NCBI RefSeq assembly: GCF_902713615.1
Contig: NC_052160.1
Coordinates: forward strand, 44,919,860 to 44,983,859
DNA from: Scyliorhinus canicula
Taxonomy: Eukaryota
DNA length: 64,000 bases
Reading direction: 5' to 3'
Shown here: one piece after another, positions 11,701 through 23,720 of the stretch
How positions within the stretch are numbered: the first letter of the stretch is position 1
Layout: each line of letters starts with the position of its first letter
Program-made: the position numbers and the translations under genes
The notes under the pieces: model-generated
Told to the model about the DNA's origin: nothing
What the model saw: only the letters and a program-made list of their open reading frames with translations
Databases searched by the model: none

Positions 11701-13686
11701 AATCCACAGTTTTCCCCCTGACGGCTGAGGCCGCCCGCCAGGCCTTCAACCACATTGCCAAGGCCACGATGCACGCAGCAGATGAGACCCTCCCCTTTCA
11801 GGTGGAGAGCGATGCATTGGACGTAGCTCTGGCCGCCACCCTCAACCAAGCAGGCAGACCCGTGGCTTTTTCCCGCACCCTCCATGCCTCCGAAATTCGG
11901 CACTCCTCTGTCGAAAAGGAGGCCCAAGCCATTGTGGAAGCTGTGTGATATTGGAGGCATTACCTGGCCGGCAGGAGATTCACTCTCCTCACTGACCAAT
12001 GGTCGGTTGCCTTCATGTTTAACAATACACAGTGGGGCAAGATCAAAATGACAACATCTTGAGGTGGAGGATCGAGCTCACCACCTATCACGATGAGATC
12101 TTGTGTCGACCGGGGAAACTCAAATGGGCCCCCCGATGCCCTATCCCGCGGCGGTACATGTGTCAACGCACAAGTAGACCGACTCCAGGCTTTCCACTAT
12201 GACCTCTGCCATCTGGGGGTCACCAGGGTCTTCCATTTTGTCAAGGCCTGCAACCTGCCCTACTCCACTGAGGAGGTCAGGACCGTAACCAGAGACTGCC
12301 AAGTCTGCGCAGAGTGCAAGCCGCACTTCTACCGGCCAGATAGAGCGCACCTGCGGAAGGCCTCCCGCCCCTTTGAGTGCCTCAGCATGGACTTCAAAGG
12401 GCCCCTCCCCTCCACTGACCGCAATGTGTATTTCCTCAACGTAATTGACGAGCACTCCGGGTTCCCCTTTGCCATCCCATGCCCTGACATGACTACTGCC
12501 ACGGTCATTAAAGCCCTGCACAGCATCTTCACTCTGGTCAGTTTCCCCACCTACATCCACAGTGATCGGGGATCCTCTTTCATGAGTGATGAGCTGTGTC
12601 AGTTCCTGCTCAGCAAGGGCATCGCCTCGAGCAGGACGACCAGCTACAACCCCCGTGGAAAAGGGCAGGTGGAGAGGGAGAACAGGACGGTCTGAAAGGC
12701 CGTCCTGCTGGCCCTTTGGTCTAGAAATCTCCCGCTGACAGGAGGTCCTCCCCGACGCGTTCCACTCCATCCGGTCGCTCCTCTGCACCGCCACTAATGA
12801 GACCCCTCACGAACATGTGTTTGCCTTCCCCAGGAAGTCCACCTCCGGGGTGTCCCTCCCAACATGGCTGACAGTTCCTGGACCCGCCCTCCTCTGGAAG
12901 CACGTGCGGAGCCATAAATTGGATCCCTTGGTCGGGAAAGTCCACCTCCTCCATGCAAACCCGCAGTACGCCTACGTGGCACACCCCAACGGGCGCCAGG
13001 ACACAGTCTCCCTCCGGGACCTGGCAGCTGCTGGGTCCCCACCCATGACCCCCGACCTGACACCGCTCCCCCCCCCCCCCCCCCCAGTTGCCTCTTTCAC
13101 CCCTGTGCCACCCACCCTCCTTCCAGCGAACCTCACCGCAGCCCCCACCCCAGCAGGATCCGTCCTCCTACTGGATCCACTCAGGGGTGACGAGGACAAC
13201 ACACTCCCGGAGTCGCAGGTGACCACGTCGGTGCCCACATCACCACCATGACTGAGGCGATCGCGGCAGAGGGTCAAAGCCCCCAACAGACTGAATTTGT
13301 AATGTTTTCATCACCCCCGCCGGATTCTTTTTTTAAACAGGGGGTGAATGTGGTAAACACCATTTAGTGATATACTGTATGTATTACGGCACTGCCTGTA
13401 TATTGCATGTACTACGGTAAATCCCTGCCTGCTGGCTCCTCCCAGCAGGCAGCGTATAAAAGTATATGTTCTCCTGTGCTGCTTCCATTCTGGTTCCAGC
13501 TGCAGGAGGCACAACATCTTGTGCAATAAAGCCTTGATTGTTTCACCATTCTCGTCTCGTGGTAATTGACGGTAGATCAGTGGGATTACTGGGTTATGGG
13601 TGTAGTCTTAAATGGGGTGCTAATTCCAAGGGCCGGTGCAGACTTGATGGGCCGAATGGCCTACTTCTGCATTGTAAATTCTATGT
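8773..13686 (+). mobile_element. HE1-type V-SINE split by the LTR retrotransposon (head 8773-8995, tail 13580-13686)
   Basis: The SINE stops at GGTTAGGTGGG and resumes GTGGGATTACTGGG...GATGGGCCGAATGGCC after the 3' LTR. Confidence 0.85.
8996..13579 (+). mobile_element. Full-length decayed Ty3/Gypsy LTR retrotransposon, Mag-like gag, order gag-PR-RT-RH-IN
   Basis: LTRs 8996-9225 and 13349-13579 (TG...CA, ~92% identical by hand count); 5-bp TSD GTGGG (8991-8995, 13580-13584); purine tract AAACAGGGGGTGAA before the 3' LTR; gag with two Cys/His knuckles (CYFCGQGEH..C, CNGCGKKGH); protease LFDSGS; RT YLDNV; integrase H..LCHLG/CQVC, MDFKGP, HSDRG, GQVER. Many stops and frameshifts. Confidence 0.95.
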
Positions 13687-14669
13687 GTAGCACAAGGTTG
13701 CCAAGAGGTCCTGAAGTGTGCTAAAGCCATTAGCATATATTCATTGCCGAGTCAATGAAGTCTGCTGGCTCAGCCACGCTAATAAGATAAAAGGTGTTAT
13801 ATTTGCCACATTGCTGTTTTCCTGCCGTCTTTTACTCAACTTGGGCATAACAGCTGAAACTTTTGCAATGCGCATCGCAGCGTTGTGTGACAGTTGCTGG
13901 TAATTACGAAGCCGAGACATGTGAATGCATCAAAACCTCCAGCATCACACAATCGGGGGTGGGACAGTGGTTAACACTGCTATCTCACAGCTCCAGGGAC
14001 ACGGGTTCAATGCCCACCTAGGGTGACTCTGTGGAGTTTGCACATTCTCTGCATGTCTGCGTGGGTTTTCTCCGGTGCTCCGGTTTCCTCCCACACTCCA
14101 AAGAAGAGCAAGGTAAATTGGCCATGCTAAATTGCCTATTAGTGTCCAAAAGGTTAGGCTGGTTTCCAGGGATAGGGTGCTCCTTCCAAGGGCTGGTGCA
14201 GACTCAATGGGCCGAAGGGCCTCCTGCATTGTAAATTTCATGATCAGTGCTAATTGGTGGTAGTATGGAGACATTCATCATCCTGATGCGGGTGGTCGAA
14301 ATAAACTCTATAGGTATAAGAGTGTGTCCATTTGCCGGTGAAAGTGTTCCTCAGTAATGGAATCCTGGGTGTTGATCTACTGGCTTTTCTGTTGATTGCC
14401 ATTATTCTGTAGGAATAATGTTTCCAAAGTCCTGATGGAGATGTTAATTCATTGTAAATGGATATTAATTCACGTAAAATAGCACGTCATAACTGTAGTT
14501 TGTGTATATAAAGATGAGTTGAGGGAATTCCTAGATGTGGTTTGGGCAAATGGGGAGAGTTTGGGGACCAGTGAACTGGTTTGAGGAACTAGCGTGGAGT
14601 GTTGAGATGGGATGGGAGGGGAGGGGAGGAAGGAGGTTATATTGGGATCAGTCTGGCTATTTTGCTGCT

Positions 14670-14745
14670 TTAAGGGCGGGGTGGTCATAGGAGGAGGAGG
14701 AGGAGGAGGAGGGGCGGGCCTATGCCAGGGGACTGCATCTTCACC
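14670..14745 (+). promoter_or_regulatory. PGP proximal promoter/5' UTR with GC boxes and (GGA)n
   Basis: GGGCGGGG (~14674) and GGGGCGGG (~14711) upstream of the strong-Kozak ACCATGG; exon 1 is CpG-rich. Confidence 0.55.
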
Positions 14746-15340
14746 ATGGCCGCTGGTTGCGTTCACTTGTCGGGGCCTCTTTGCTCTCAGGTTGTGGCCT
14801 CAGTCGATGCTCTGCTGTTTGACTGCGATGGGGTGCTGTGGAAAGGGGAGAGCCCGATCCCCGGGGCTGTGCAGCTGATTAACCGGCTGCAGGAGCGGGG
14901 GAAGCGGGTTTTCTTCCTGACCAACAACAGCACCAAGAGCCGGCAGATGTACGGGGAGAAGCTGCGGGGCCTGGGCTTCGAGGCTCGGCCTGAACAGGTC
15001 TTTGGCACCGCGCCCTGCGCCGCCCTTTACCTGCGGCAAGAGGCCAGGCTCCAAGGCTCCGTCTACCTGATCGGCGGCGCGGCCCTCCGCGGGGAGCTGC
15101 AGGCCCAGGGCATCGCCTGCTCCGGCTCCGGCTCCGGGCCCGAGCACACTTCCGGGCCCATGCACGATTGGGCGGCCGAGCCCCTCGATCCCGCTGTGGG
15201 CGCCGTGCTGGTCGGCTTCGACGAGCATTTCACTTACATGAAGCTGTGCCGGGCCGCCCGCTACCTGCGGAATCCCGCCTGCATCTTCCTGGCCACAAAT
15301 ACCGACACCCTGCTTCCGCTGGAGGGAGGCGGCATCCCGG
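14746..15340 (+). CDS. PGP: Phosphoglycolate/glycerol-3-phosphate phosphatase (HAD IIA), exon 1; an in-frame upstream ATG exists at 14722
   Basis: HAD motif I FDCDGVLW, LTNNSTKSR, VGFDEHF, FLATNTD; phase-1 donor CCGG|GTAAGG. Confidence 0.96.
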
Positions 15341-16279
15341 GTAAGGAGGGGAGAGAGAAGCATTGACAGGATGTTTCACGTTTGGTGAAGTTTTATACAA
15401 GGATACTTTGTGTTGTTGTACCTAGTTAATTCCTGGTATTTTGGAGATTGGATTGGATTGTCTAATCCTGAATCTGTAACAATGAATGAACAGCAAAATT
15501 GGTGTATCAGTTAGCTGGTGAAAATTAGATTAGTTAATTAATTGAGTATGTCTAAGTAAAACACTACACCAGTATTAAGTGCCTTGGACTAGGAAATTAA
15601 AAGGCAAGTGCATTATTGTGCTCCATTCATCTGGCAGCAGGACATCATTGGTTCCTACAGCTAATGTTTGTCTGGCTAGGGGCTCAGTTGTGTCCACTTA
15701 TAATGTCTCTGTCAATTACTGCTTATTGGTTACCATGTACCATTGTACTGATTACCAAAGGCCAGCAGATGCACAGGGAGAAGCTTTTGGGTGGGGGGGG
15801 GCTGAAGAATCTCACAAACCCTATAGTACAGAGGGAGGCCATTTGGCCCATCAAGACTGCACCAATCCTCTGAAAGAGCACCCTACCTAAAACCACAGCC
15901 CCACCCCATCCCCGTAATCCCACTTCTTTTTAGACACGATAAGGACCAATTTAGTTAGCATAGCCAATCCACCTAACCTGCACATCTTTGGACCGTGGGA
16001 GGAAACCACACAGACATGGTGAGAACATACAAACTCCACACAGACCATCACCCAAAGCTGGAATTGAACCCTGGTCCGGGCTCAGGCTTAACAGGTCTTT
16101 TGCACTACATCATGTGCCGCACTCTGCCAGCAGCATAAATCAGTACAGTATGGGACTATGGGTGGATATACTTTGAAATTTACAGTCAGGAAAAGAGCAG
16201 CTCGTACTTCAAGTCAGCCACACTCATGATGGTTGGAGCATGATGATTAGACACTTCTCAGCCCTAACCTGCCACATGG

Positions 16280-17430
16280 TGGCAGAAAACTGATTGGCAG
16301 ACAGGAAAGAAAGAGTAGGAATTAACAGGTCTTTTTCCAAATGGCAGGCAGTGATTAGTGGAGTACTGCAGGGATCGGTGCTGGGACCCCAGCGATTAGT
16401 GGAGTACTGCAGGGATCGGTGCTGGGACCCCAGCGATTAGTGGAGTACTGCAGGGATCGGTGCTGGGACCCCAGCGATTAGTGGAGTACTGCAGGGATCG
16501 GTGCTGGGACCCCAGCTATTCACAATATATAGTAATGATTTATATGAGGGAGCGAAATGTAATATTGCCAGATTTGCAGATGAGACAAAGTTTGGTGGGA
16601 GGCTGAGCTGTGAGGAGGATGCATAGATCCTTCAATGTGATTTGGACAAGTTGAGTGAGTTAGGGTAGTTTGGATAAATGTGAGGTTATCCACTTTGGTT
16701 GCAAAAATGGGAAGGCAGACTATTATCTGAATGGCCATAAGAGGGGAATGTGCAAGAGACCTGTACACCAGTTGCTGAAGGTAAGCATGCAAATTGTATG
16801 TTGTCCTTCATTGCGAGGGGATTCGAGTACAGGAGCAGTGATGCCTTGTTGCAATTATAAGGGCCTTGGTGAGGCCACACCTGGAATATTGTGTGCAGTT
16901 TTGGTCTCCTTATCTCAGTAAGGATGTTCTTGTTCTAGAGGGAGTGCAGCAAAGGTCTGCCAGACTGATTTCTGGGATGGCAGGATGAATATGATTCTAT
17001 GTATGAGGAGAGATTGAGTCAGTTAGGATTGTATTCGTTGGAGTTCAGAGGCTTGAGGTGGAATGTCAGAAACGTAGGAAATTCGAACAGGACTAGACAG
17101 GGTAGATGGAAGAAGGATGTTCCCGATGGTGGGGTTGTCCAGAACCAGGGCTCACTGTCTTGAGGATATCGGGTAGACCATTTCAGACAGATGAGAAATG
17201 TCTTCACCCAGAGAATGGTGAGCCTGTGGAATTCGTTTCCACAGAAAGTAGTTGAGGCCAAATTATGTTTTCAAGAAGCAGTGAGATATAGCACTTGGAG
17301 ACAAAGGGAATCGAAGGATATGGGGGAAAGGCAGAATTAGGCTACTGAATTGGATGATCAGCCAAGATCATAATGAATGGTGGAGCAGGCTTGAAGGGCC
17401 GAATGGCCTCTTCCTGCTCATTTTCTATGT
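16280..17430 (+). mobile_element. Decayed CR1/HER1 LINE 3' fragment in the PGP intron
   Basis: Same family as 1-1381 (QGSVLGP-encoding segment, CEVIHFG, 3' tail). Confidence 0.85.
16353..16516 (+). repeat. Perfect 41-bp x4 tandem repeat
   Basis: GATTAGTGGAGTACTGCAGGGATCGGTGCTGGGACCCCAGC at 16353, 16394, 16435 and 16476. Confidence 0.95.
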
Positions 17431-17983
17431 AGACTCCTGGGAGAGGCAAAAACTCTGGACTAATAAAGGAGAAAAAATAACATCCTTATTCAGGTACGGG
17501 GAAATTTCTCTCTGACCCTTTGCATAATTGTAACCAGTTCAGAACCCTGGATCAAGTGTTAGTTATATAGCCATGTGCCTTCTAAATGATTAAATCTGGC
17601 ACCTGAGAGAAGAAGCTGGTGCAGTGTGCATGTTGCATGATTTTAAGCCACGATATTTTGGTCACAAAAAAGCCATAAAAGAATAAGCAAAATAAGCAGA
17701 GCAGGGCTCAATTACTAAGATTCCTATGGTACAAATCATTCATTACAGCTTCAACGACAACATTGTCATGTTGGGAACGTCAGGAGCTTTTGCAAGTTGT
17801 GACAGTTCTTACAGTGGGGTGAAGATCTTTTCCATGGTAATTTTAACCTCTCTTCACTGACCACCTAATTGTGTCCTTCACAATCTTGCACTAAAGCTGC
17901 TGTGCTTCCAGAGTTATCCTCTAAACTCGTGTCATAGATGATGACAATACCTTGACATTAACCCTTTTCTCTCCTCTCCACAG

Positions 17984-18306
17984 GCACAGGCTGCTTGGTG
18001 AAGGCAGTCGAAGCAGCAGCGAATCGCACCGCTCATGTCATCGGCAAGCCCAGCACCTTTATGTTTGAGTGTATGGTGAAAGAGCATGGCGTCGATCTGA
18101 ACAGGACAATCATGGTGGGAGATCGACTGGACACCGACATCCTCATGGGGTCTAACTGTGGCCTTCGCACCATCCTGACTCTGACTGGTGTTTCCACCCT
18201 GGAAGAGGTGAGGGCACATCAGGAAAGTGATGCCTCCGACCGCCACAAGCTAGTTCCCAACTATTATGTGGACAGCATAGCTGACTTGCTTCCAGCACTT
18301 GATTGA
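17984..18306 (+). CDS. PGP: PGP exon 2 ([10 protein letters not shown]...IGKPS...[10 protein letters not shown]...LLPALD*)
   Basis: Pyrimidine tract plus CAG acceptor at 17983, phase matches exon 1; HAD motifs GKP and GDRLDTD; TGA at 18304-18306; spliced protein 305 aa. Confidence 0.96.
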
Positions 18307-18661
18307 CAAAAGCAGAGCATCCTGCTGTTTTAATGAATGGATTTAAATTTATCTTGAGTTATCCTTTGTACTGTACAATCGCTGTAATATTCTGAATACC
18401 TCTGCAGTGGCAAGTGTTAAATGTTCTTGTGTAAAGTTTATTTAAGTGACTGTAACAATCATGCTGCTGTCTGTCCTGAATGAGGCTGCAACAAAGTTGT
18501 GTTTCAGTGACAGACCAGATGCTGTTACTCATGATATGGCAGCATGGTGCCTGCTTGGCGGAGAGGTGGTTGACACCATGTCTGTTAATGACACTGTTTG
18601 CTAGGGTACAGTAATGCTGGTCTTTCTGTATTCTACAAGATGCTTTGAGACAATAGATCAA

Positions 18662-18667
18662 AATAAA
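18662..18667 (+). terminator. Probable PGP polyadenylation signal
   Basis: AATAAA ~355 nt after the stop, followed by a T/GT-rich stretch. Confidence 0.6.
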
Positions 18668-19163
18668 ATATTATTGTTCTTCAGTTGTAGTGCTGTAGCA
18701 TTTGATTAAGTCCTGGAATGGATTGTGCTTTACAGTTCAAATTAGTTGGATCATAGAAATGACAAAATTGAGGATGGCAGTCTTGTCACAGTGTGGCAGT
18801 TCTGCATTGTCAGTAGCACATTTAAACTAGAGGCCCATTTCAGTAACTGACCTTCTGTTCTAAATGCTGTCAATCCTGAAATAGTAACAGGAGCTTTAGT
18901 TCTGCTTCAAATCTGCACCTGGTGACCTTAGCTTTGATGATAGGAAATGGGCTGTGCTCCAAGGCTGGATATTAATTCCTGTTCTTGGCTTCATTTCTAA
19001 ATCGGTTCCTCACTTTACATAGCTCCTAATCATATACCATGCAGTTAACTGCACAAGGAAAGGTGAACCATATGTGCAAATGGTTGGTCCTCACCACTAC
19101 ATCAAAACACTGAGTTGATCCAGATCTATTTATTTCTGCTTTTATTTTATCAAGATCCTAAAT

Positions 19164-19238
19164 GCGGATCAGGTTCTCCCCGTTCCACAACACCCCATTG
19201 GAGTCAAACAGCAGAGCATCAACAAATGCCAGGATCTG
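19164..19238 (-). pseudogene. Inverted degenerate fragment of PGP exon 1 (QILAFVDALLFDSNGVLWNGENLIR)
   Basis: Ungapped 61/75-nt match (hand count) to 14788-14862, followed by ATT TAG. Confidence 0.85.
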
Positions 19239-19619
19239 TGGTAATTGCTATTCACTATCAGAGTTTTTAAAAATAAATGTGTACCCAATTACTTTTTTCC
19301 CATTGAGGTGCAATTTACTATGGCCAATACACCGACCCTGGCACATCTTTGGGTGGTGGGGGTGGCGACCCACACAGGCGCAAGGAGAATGTTCACTATC
19401 AGAGTTATGTGACATTGACCCGATCTTGTGATATGAACTGATATCTGACTTGGTCTTTAAAGCCTGAGTCAGATATCACCCAGGGCTGTTGGGTGGAATC
19501 CTACCACCTTAGTCTCTGAAGGAAAGACAGGTCTATTTGTGGTTCACAAACACATCCTCCTGAATAGTAGACTTTTTGGTTGCTCTTTCCTACTGCCTGC
19601 CCCTGGGTTGCCATCCATT

Positions 19620-20980
19620 AAGAGAGGAAATGTAAAGCACGGTGAAGACAGTAGGGTACCCCAGAAACCACACTACTAGCAGACCTGATAGGCACAGGCA
19701 GCGAGAAGGGGGCTATGTGGGAAAATATACGGACAGCTACTGGACAGAGCCCGAAAACCACTTGACGGGACCAGACAAAAATGGGAGGACGAACTGGGGA
19801 CAGGGGTAGGATAGGGACTCTGGAGCGAAGCATTGAGCAGGGTGAATTCCACCTCCTGCACAAAGCTAAGCCTAATGCAGCACAAAGTGGTGCACAGAGC
19901 GCACCTGACCAGAACCCGAATGAGCAGGTTCTTCCCGGAGGTGGAGGACAAATGTGAGCGGTGCCAGAGGGCCCGGCCAACCACACCCACATGTTTTGGG
20001 ATTGCCCCAAGCTTGCTGGGTTCTGGACAGCCTTCTCCTAGGCAATGTCCAAGGTTGTGGGGGTGAGCGGGAAGCCATCCCAATAGTTTTTTTTTTAAAC
20101 TTTTTAAAAAATTTAGAGTAGCCAATTGTTTTTCCAATTCAGGGGCAATTTAGCATGGCCAATCCACCTACCCTGCACATCTTTGGGTTGTGGGGGTGAA
20201 ACCCACGCAGACACGGGGAGAATGTGCAAACTCCACATGGACAGTGACCCAGGGCTGGGATTCGAACCCGGGTCCTCAGTGCCGTAGGCAGCAGTGCTAA
20301 CCACTGTGCCACCGTGCTGCCCGCCGTCCCAATGGTGGCAATCTTCAGGGTATCGGAGCAGCCAGAGTTACACATGGGGAAGGGAGCCAACGCCCTCGTT
20401 TCGCTTCCCTAATCGCGTGCTGGAGAATCCTGCTCGGCTGGAGATCGGCAGCACCACCCAAAGCTGCAGACTGGCTCGCTGACCTCTCGGAATTTCTCCA
20501 CCTGGAGAAGATCAAGTACACCATCCGAGGGTCAGAGGAAGGCTTCCTGCATACTTGGCACAGTTCGTCGGCCTGTTCCAAAACCTGTTCGCTGTTCAAG
20601 GACTGCAACGAGGAGTAAGCCAGGAAAAAAAAATGAAGAACCAAAGGATTGTGCAACCTGGGGGGATGGGGAAACCACAAGAGAAGAGGAAGGGTGCTGA
20701 AACCAATGGGGTTGGGGGGGGGGGGGGGGAGATGCGGAAACCACAAGAGAAGAGGAAGGGTGCTGAAACCAATGGGGGGGGGGGGGGGGAGTGGAGGAAG
20801 GGGGATATCCTAGACCGATCCACAGGGCAGCAAAATGTACGTACAGTTAGTCAAATGAAGGACAAAACATACCTCTAAAATAAAGCAAATTAGCGCAGGC
20901 AAGAAAAATGTAATGTATAGAAGCAACAACTGTTTAGAAATATTAGAAAAGCCAATAAAAAAAATTTCAAAAAAAAAATG
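19620..20980 (+). mobile_element. L1-clade LINE 3' fragment interrupted by a V-SINE
   Basis: RVNSTSCTKLSLMQHKVVHRAHLT..CERC matches the C-terminus of the intact L1 ORF2 in this window; G-rich 3' UTR with an internal duplication; AATAAA plus A tail at ~20955. Confidence 0.85.
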
Positions 20981-21189
20981 AAATGAAATGAAAATCGCTT
21001 ATTGTCACGAGTAGGCTTCAATGAAGTTACTGTGAAAAGCCCCTAAAAGCCAGTGATTTAGCCCAGTGTGCCAAACCAGAGAGGGGATGGAAGAAACAGC
21101 AATAAAGGATGTCTATTTAAAAGTCCCGCAATAGCATGTTCAGCGGCAACACAAGTGTGATTCACATAGAGGCAGAAAAGGAGGAAAAT

Positions 21190-21370
21190 GGATGGAAAAC
21201 GTGGGGACCCCCCACCTCTTGTTCACGGATGCGATCTTAGTGATAATACAGGAAGTAGTCAGGGGATGACAGGAGGAGACCAGACAACCTCATCAAATAG
21301 GCTTGACTTGAGGTTGCAGAGGAGATGAGCAGCTGGAGTGTAATGTGCTGTAAACCTTTCAATGACCTGC
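21190..21370 (+). mobile_element. Relic Myb/SANT-like coding segment, PIF/Harbinger type
   Basis: Translates A*LEVAEEMSSWSVMCCKPFNDL, resembling the W.EVA...C.K.FNDL trihelix motif; interrupted. Confidence 0.45.
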
Positions 21371-22399
21371 AACTCGGGTGGTAGCCATAACCATCACTCA
21401 CTTCCTTAGCAATCTTCTGCACAATTATCATCTAAACCATATACTCTGCTGACACACAATCTTAGCAGGCTTCCGACAGCACTAACGCTCATCTGCAATC
21501 TGGTTCCCTGTCACTGCACCTCGCACAGTTATCTCCCTCCCACAGTTGTCCCCCTCAAATGGCCCATCTGCATCCTCAGACATGATTTAACTCCTCAGAA
21601 ACCTAGCATCCTGGCATTTCATTGCAGGAGAGGAAAAAGCTACACTGCCAGGAGAGGCACAGAAGCTAGGATGGAGCTGCATTCATGGCCATCCTAATGG
21701 AGGATGTCCTGAAGAGGTAGGCATGGTGGCAGACTGCAGACAGGTGCCAGTGGAGGAATGGGGGTGGCACAGACACCTGATGAAAGCAGGCATTGGCATT
21801 CAGCACTGAACTATCACTCATGTTGAAACAATGTCTCCAGTATATAAACTATCATAGTCTACACAATGCTAAGGTGGAGGCCAATTTTTTAAAAATTCAT
21901 TTACAGGATATGAGCGTCGCTGGTTAGGCCAGCATTTATTGCCCATTCAGAAGGTGGTGGTGAATTGCCTTCTTGAACCTTCTTTGACCTACGTGAAGCA
22001 CTCACACCTGCCTTTCATCTTGCCAAAGGTCCACTAAGACATGAGGGAGGAGGCAGTGAAGTCCTCAGAGAAAAGGCATCAAGCCTTAAAAGCACTGTCT
22101 GATACCTAATACACACCCTCCACCAGCAAAGATACACTGACTTTGGTGGGAACTGTGTTACAGATAAAACGTGTGGCACAAGGTGTGGCACTTCATAAGT
22201 AAGCTGGGGACAGATGTTAGAGACGACCGTGGAGAGTCCCTGTCATAAGGCTGAGGACTTCTCAAGCTTTGCTCGGCTGGATACAGAGGCTGAGCCTCAG
22301 GGGTCATACACTAAAAGAGTACTTATTGAGTAGCAAAGGGAAATGTGAGAATGTCAGAATTTCCAGAGACATTGCAGCAACCTGCACAATTTGGCATTT

Positions 22400-23150
22400 C
22401 GGCGAGGTGGTGTCCTCGCCCTTTCCAACAGTCGCCCGTAAATGTCCCCACAGTTCCCCTTCTCAGTACTGTCCATCTCCAGCAGTTCCTCCAGCATTGT
22501 GTCGGGGTCCTAGGGTACCTCGTCGACTCCTTGCGGAGAAAGTTTTTGATTTGTAAATGTCAGAGCTCCTGTTCTGTTGGTAGCTCCAGTCTTTCTGTCA
22601 GCTCGTCCAGGATTGGAAGCCTGTCTCTCCATGTAGAAGTCCCTAAACACTAGCGCCCCCGTCCCGGCCTGTCTACCTTTCTTAAAAGTGGCGTCTAGCA
22701 TGACTGGTAGAAATTTGTGGTTACCGCAGATGGAGTATTTTCACATCTACGTTAAGCAGTGAAATGGGTCTATATGATCTGCATTCCGTCGGGTCTTGGT
22801 CTTTCTTGGGTATCAGTGATATGGTGGCCTATGTTAGCGTAGGAGGCAGGGAGCCCCTTGCTGGCGAGCCTGAGTACATCTCCTGTCGGTGCGGGGCCAG
22901 AGCTGGTGCAAATTTCGTAAAGAAGTCCGCCGGTAACCCATCAGGTCCCGGCGCCTGCCCCACCTCCATGGAGTTGATACTCTCCATCACCTCTCCCAGT
23001 TCTATTGGTGCTTCCAGTTCCCTCCATATATCGTCTCCCACGACTGGCATATCCAGTCCAACGAGGAACCGTTTCATCCCTGAGGCCCCATCAGGGGCTC
23101 AGAGGTGTACAGTCCCCGATAGAAGGCCTCAGACGCTTGGTTGACCTATT
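22400..23150 (-). mobile_element. L1 ORF2 fragment
   Basis: ELEAPIELGEVMESINSMEVGQAPGPDGLPADFF (ORF 22829-23077) parallels the intact L1 ORF2. Confidence 0.85.
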
Positions 23151-23153
23151 TTC

Positions 23154-23720
23154 GATGTGGAGATGCCGGCGTTGGACTGGGGTGAGCACAGTAAGAAGTC
23201 TTACAACACCGGGTTAAAGTCCAACTAGCTTTCGGAGTACAACTCCTTCCTCAGGTGAATGAAGAGGTGGGTTCCAGAAACATATATATAGTCAAAGTCA
23301 AAGATGCAAGATGATACTTTGAATGCAAGTCTTTGCAGGTAATTAAGTCTTTACAGGTCCAGATAGAGCAACTGGAGAGAGGGATAATCACAGGTTAAAG
23401 AGCTCTGAATTGTCTCAAGCCAGGACAGCTGGTAGGATTTTGCAAGCCCAGGCCAGATGGTGGGGCCCCTGCTACTTGCCTTCAAACAACAGTGCAACGT
23501 CAAACAGACCATTGTTTGCAGCAAAGTACCCAGCCTTCAGAACAGCGACCACAACACCACAGAACACTGCCATGGCAATCTCTGCAAGACATGCCAGATC
23601 ATCGACATGGGTACTACCATTACATGTACATGAGTATGGCCTCAATCGCGACCTTGGATTCATGTCGCATTACATTCACCCCCCCACCATCTGGCTTGGG
23701 CATACAAAATCCTACCAATT
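23154..23720. mobile_element. Penelope-like element remnant with inverted arrangement and minimal hammerhead motif
   Basis: Terminal repeat shared with 59350-59541; + strand LLAFKQ..NVKQTIVCSK..CHGNLCKTCQII resembles the PLE RT/GIY-YIG linker. Confidence 0.75.

Noticed and set aside
14722-15366. Single-exon 214-aa PGP ORF from the track
   Set aside because: It runs past the donor at 15340; the HAD C-terminal motifs are in exon 2.
16353-16516. Possible CRISPR-like array
   Set aside because: Head-to-tail repeats with no spacers, LINE-derived, in a vertebrate genome.
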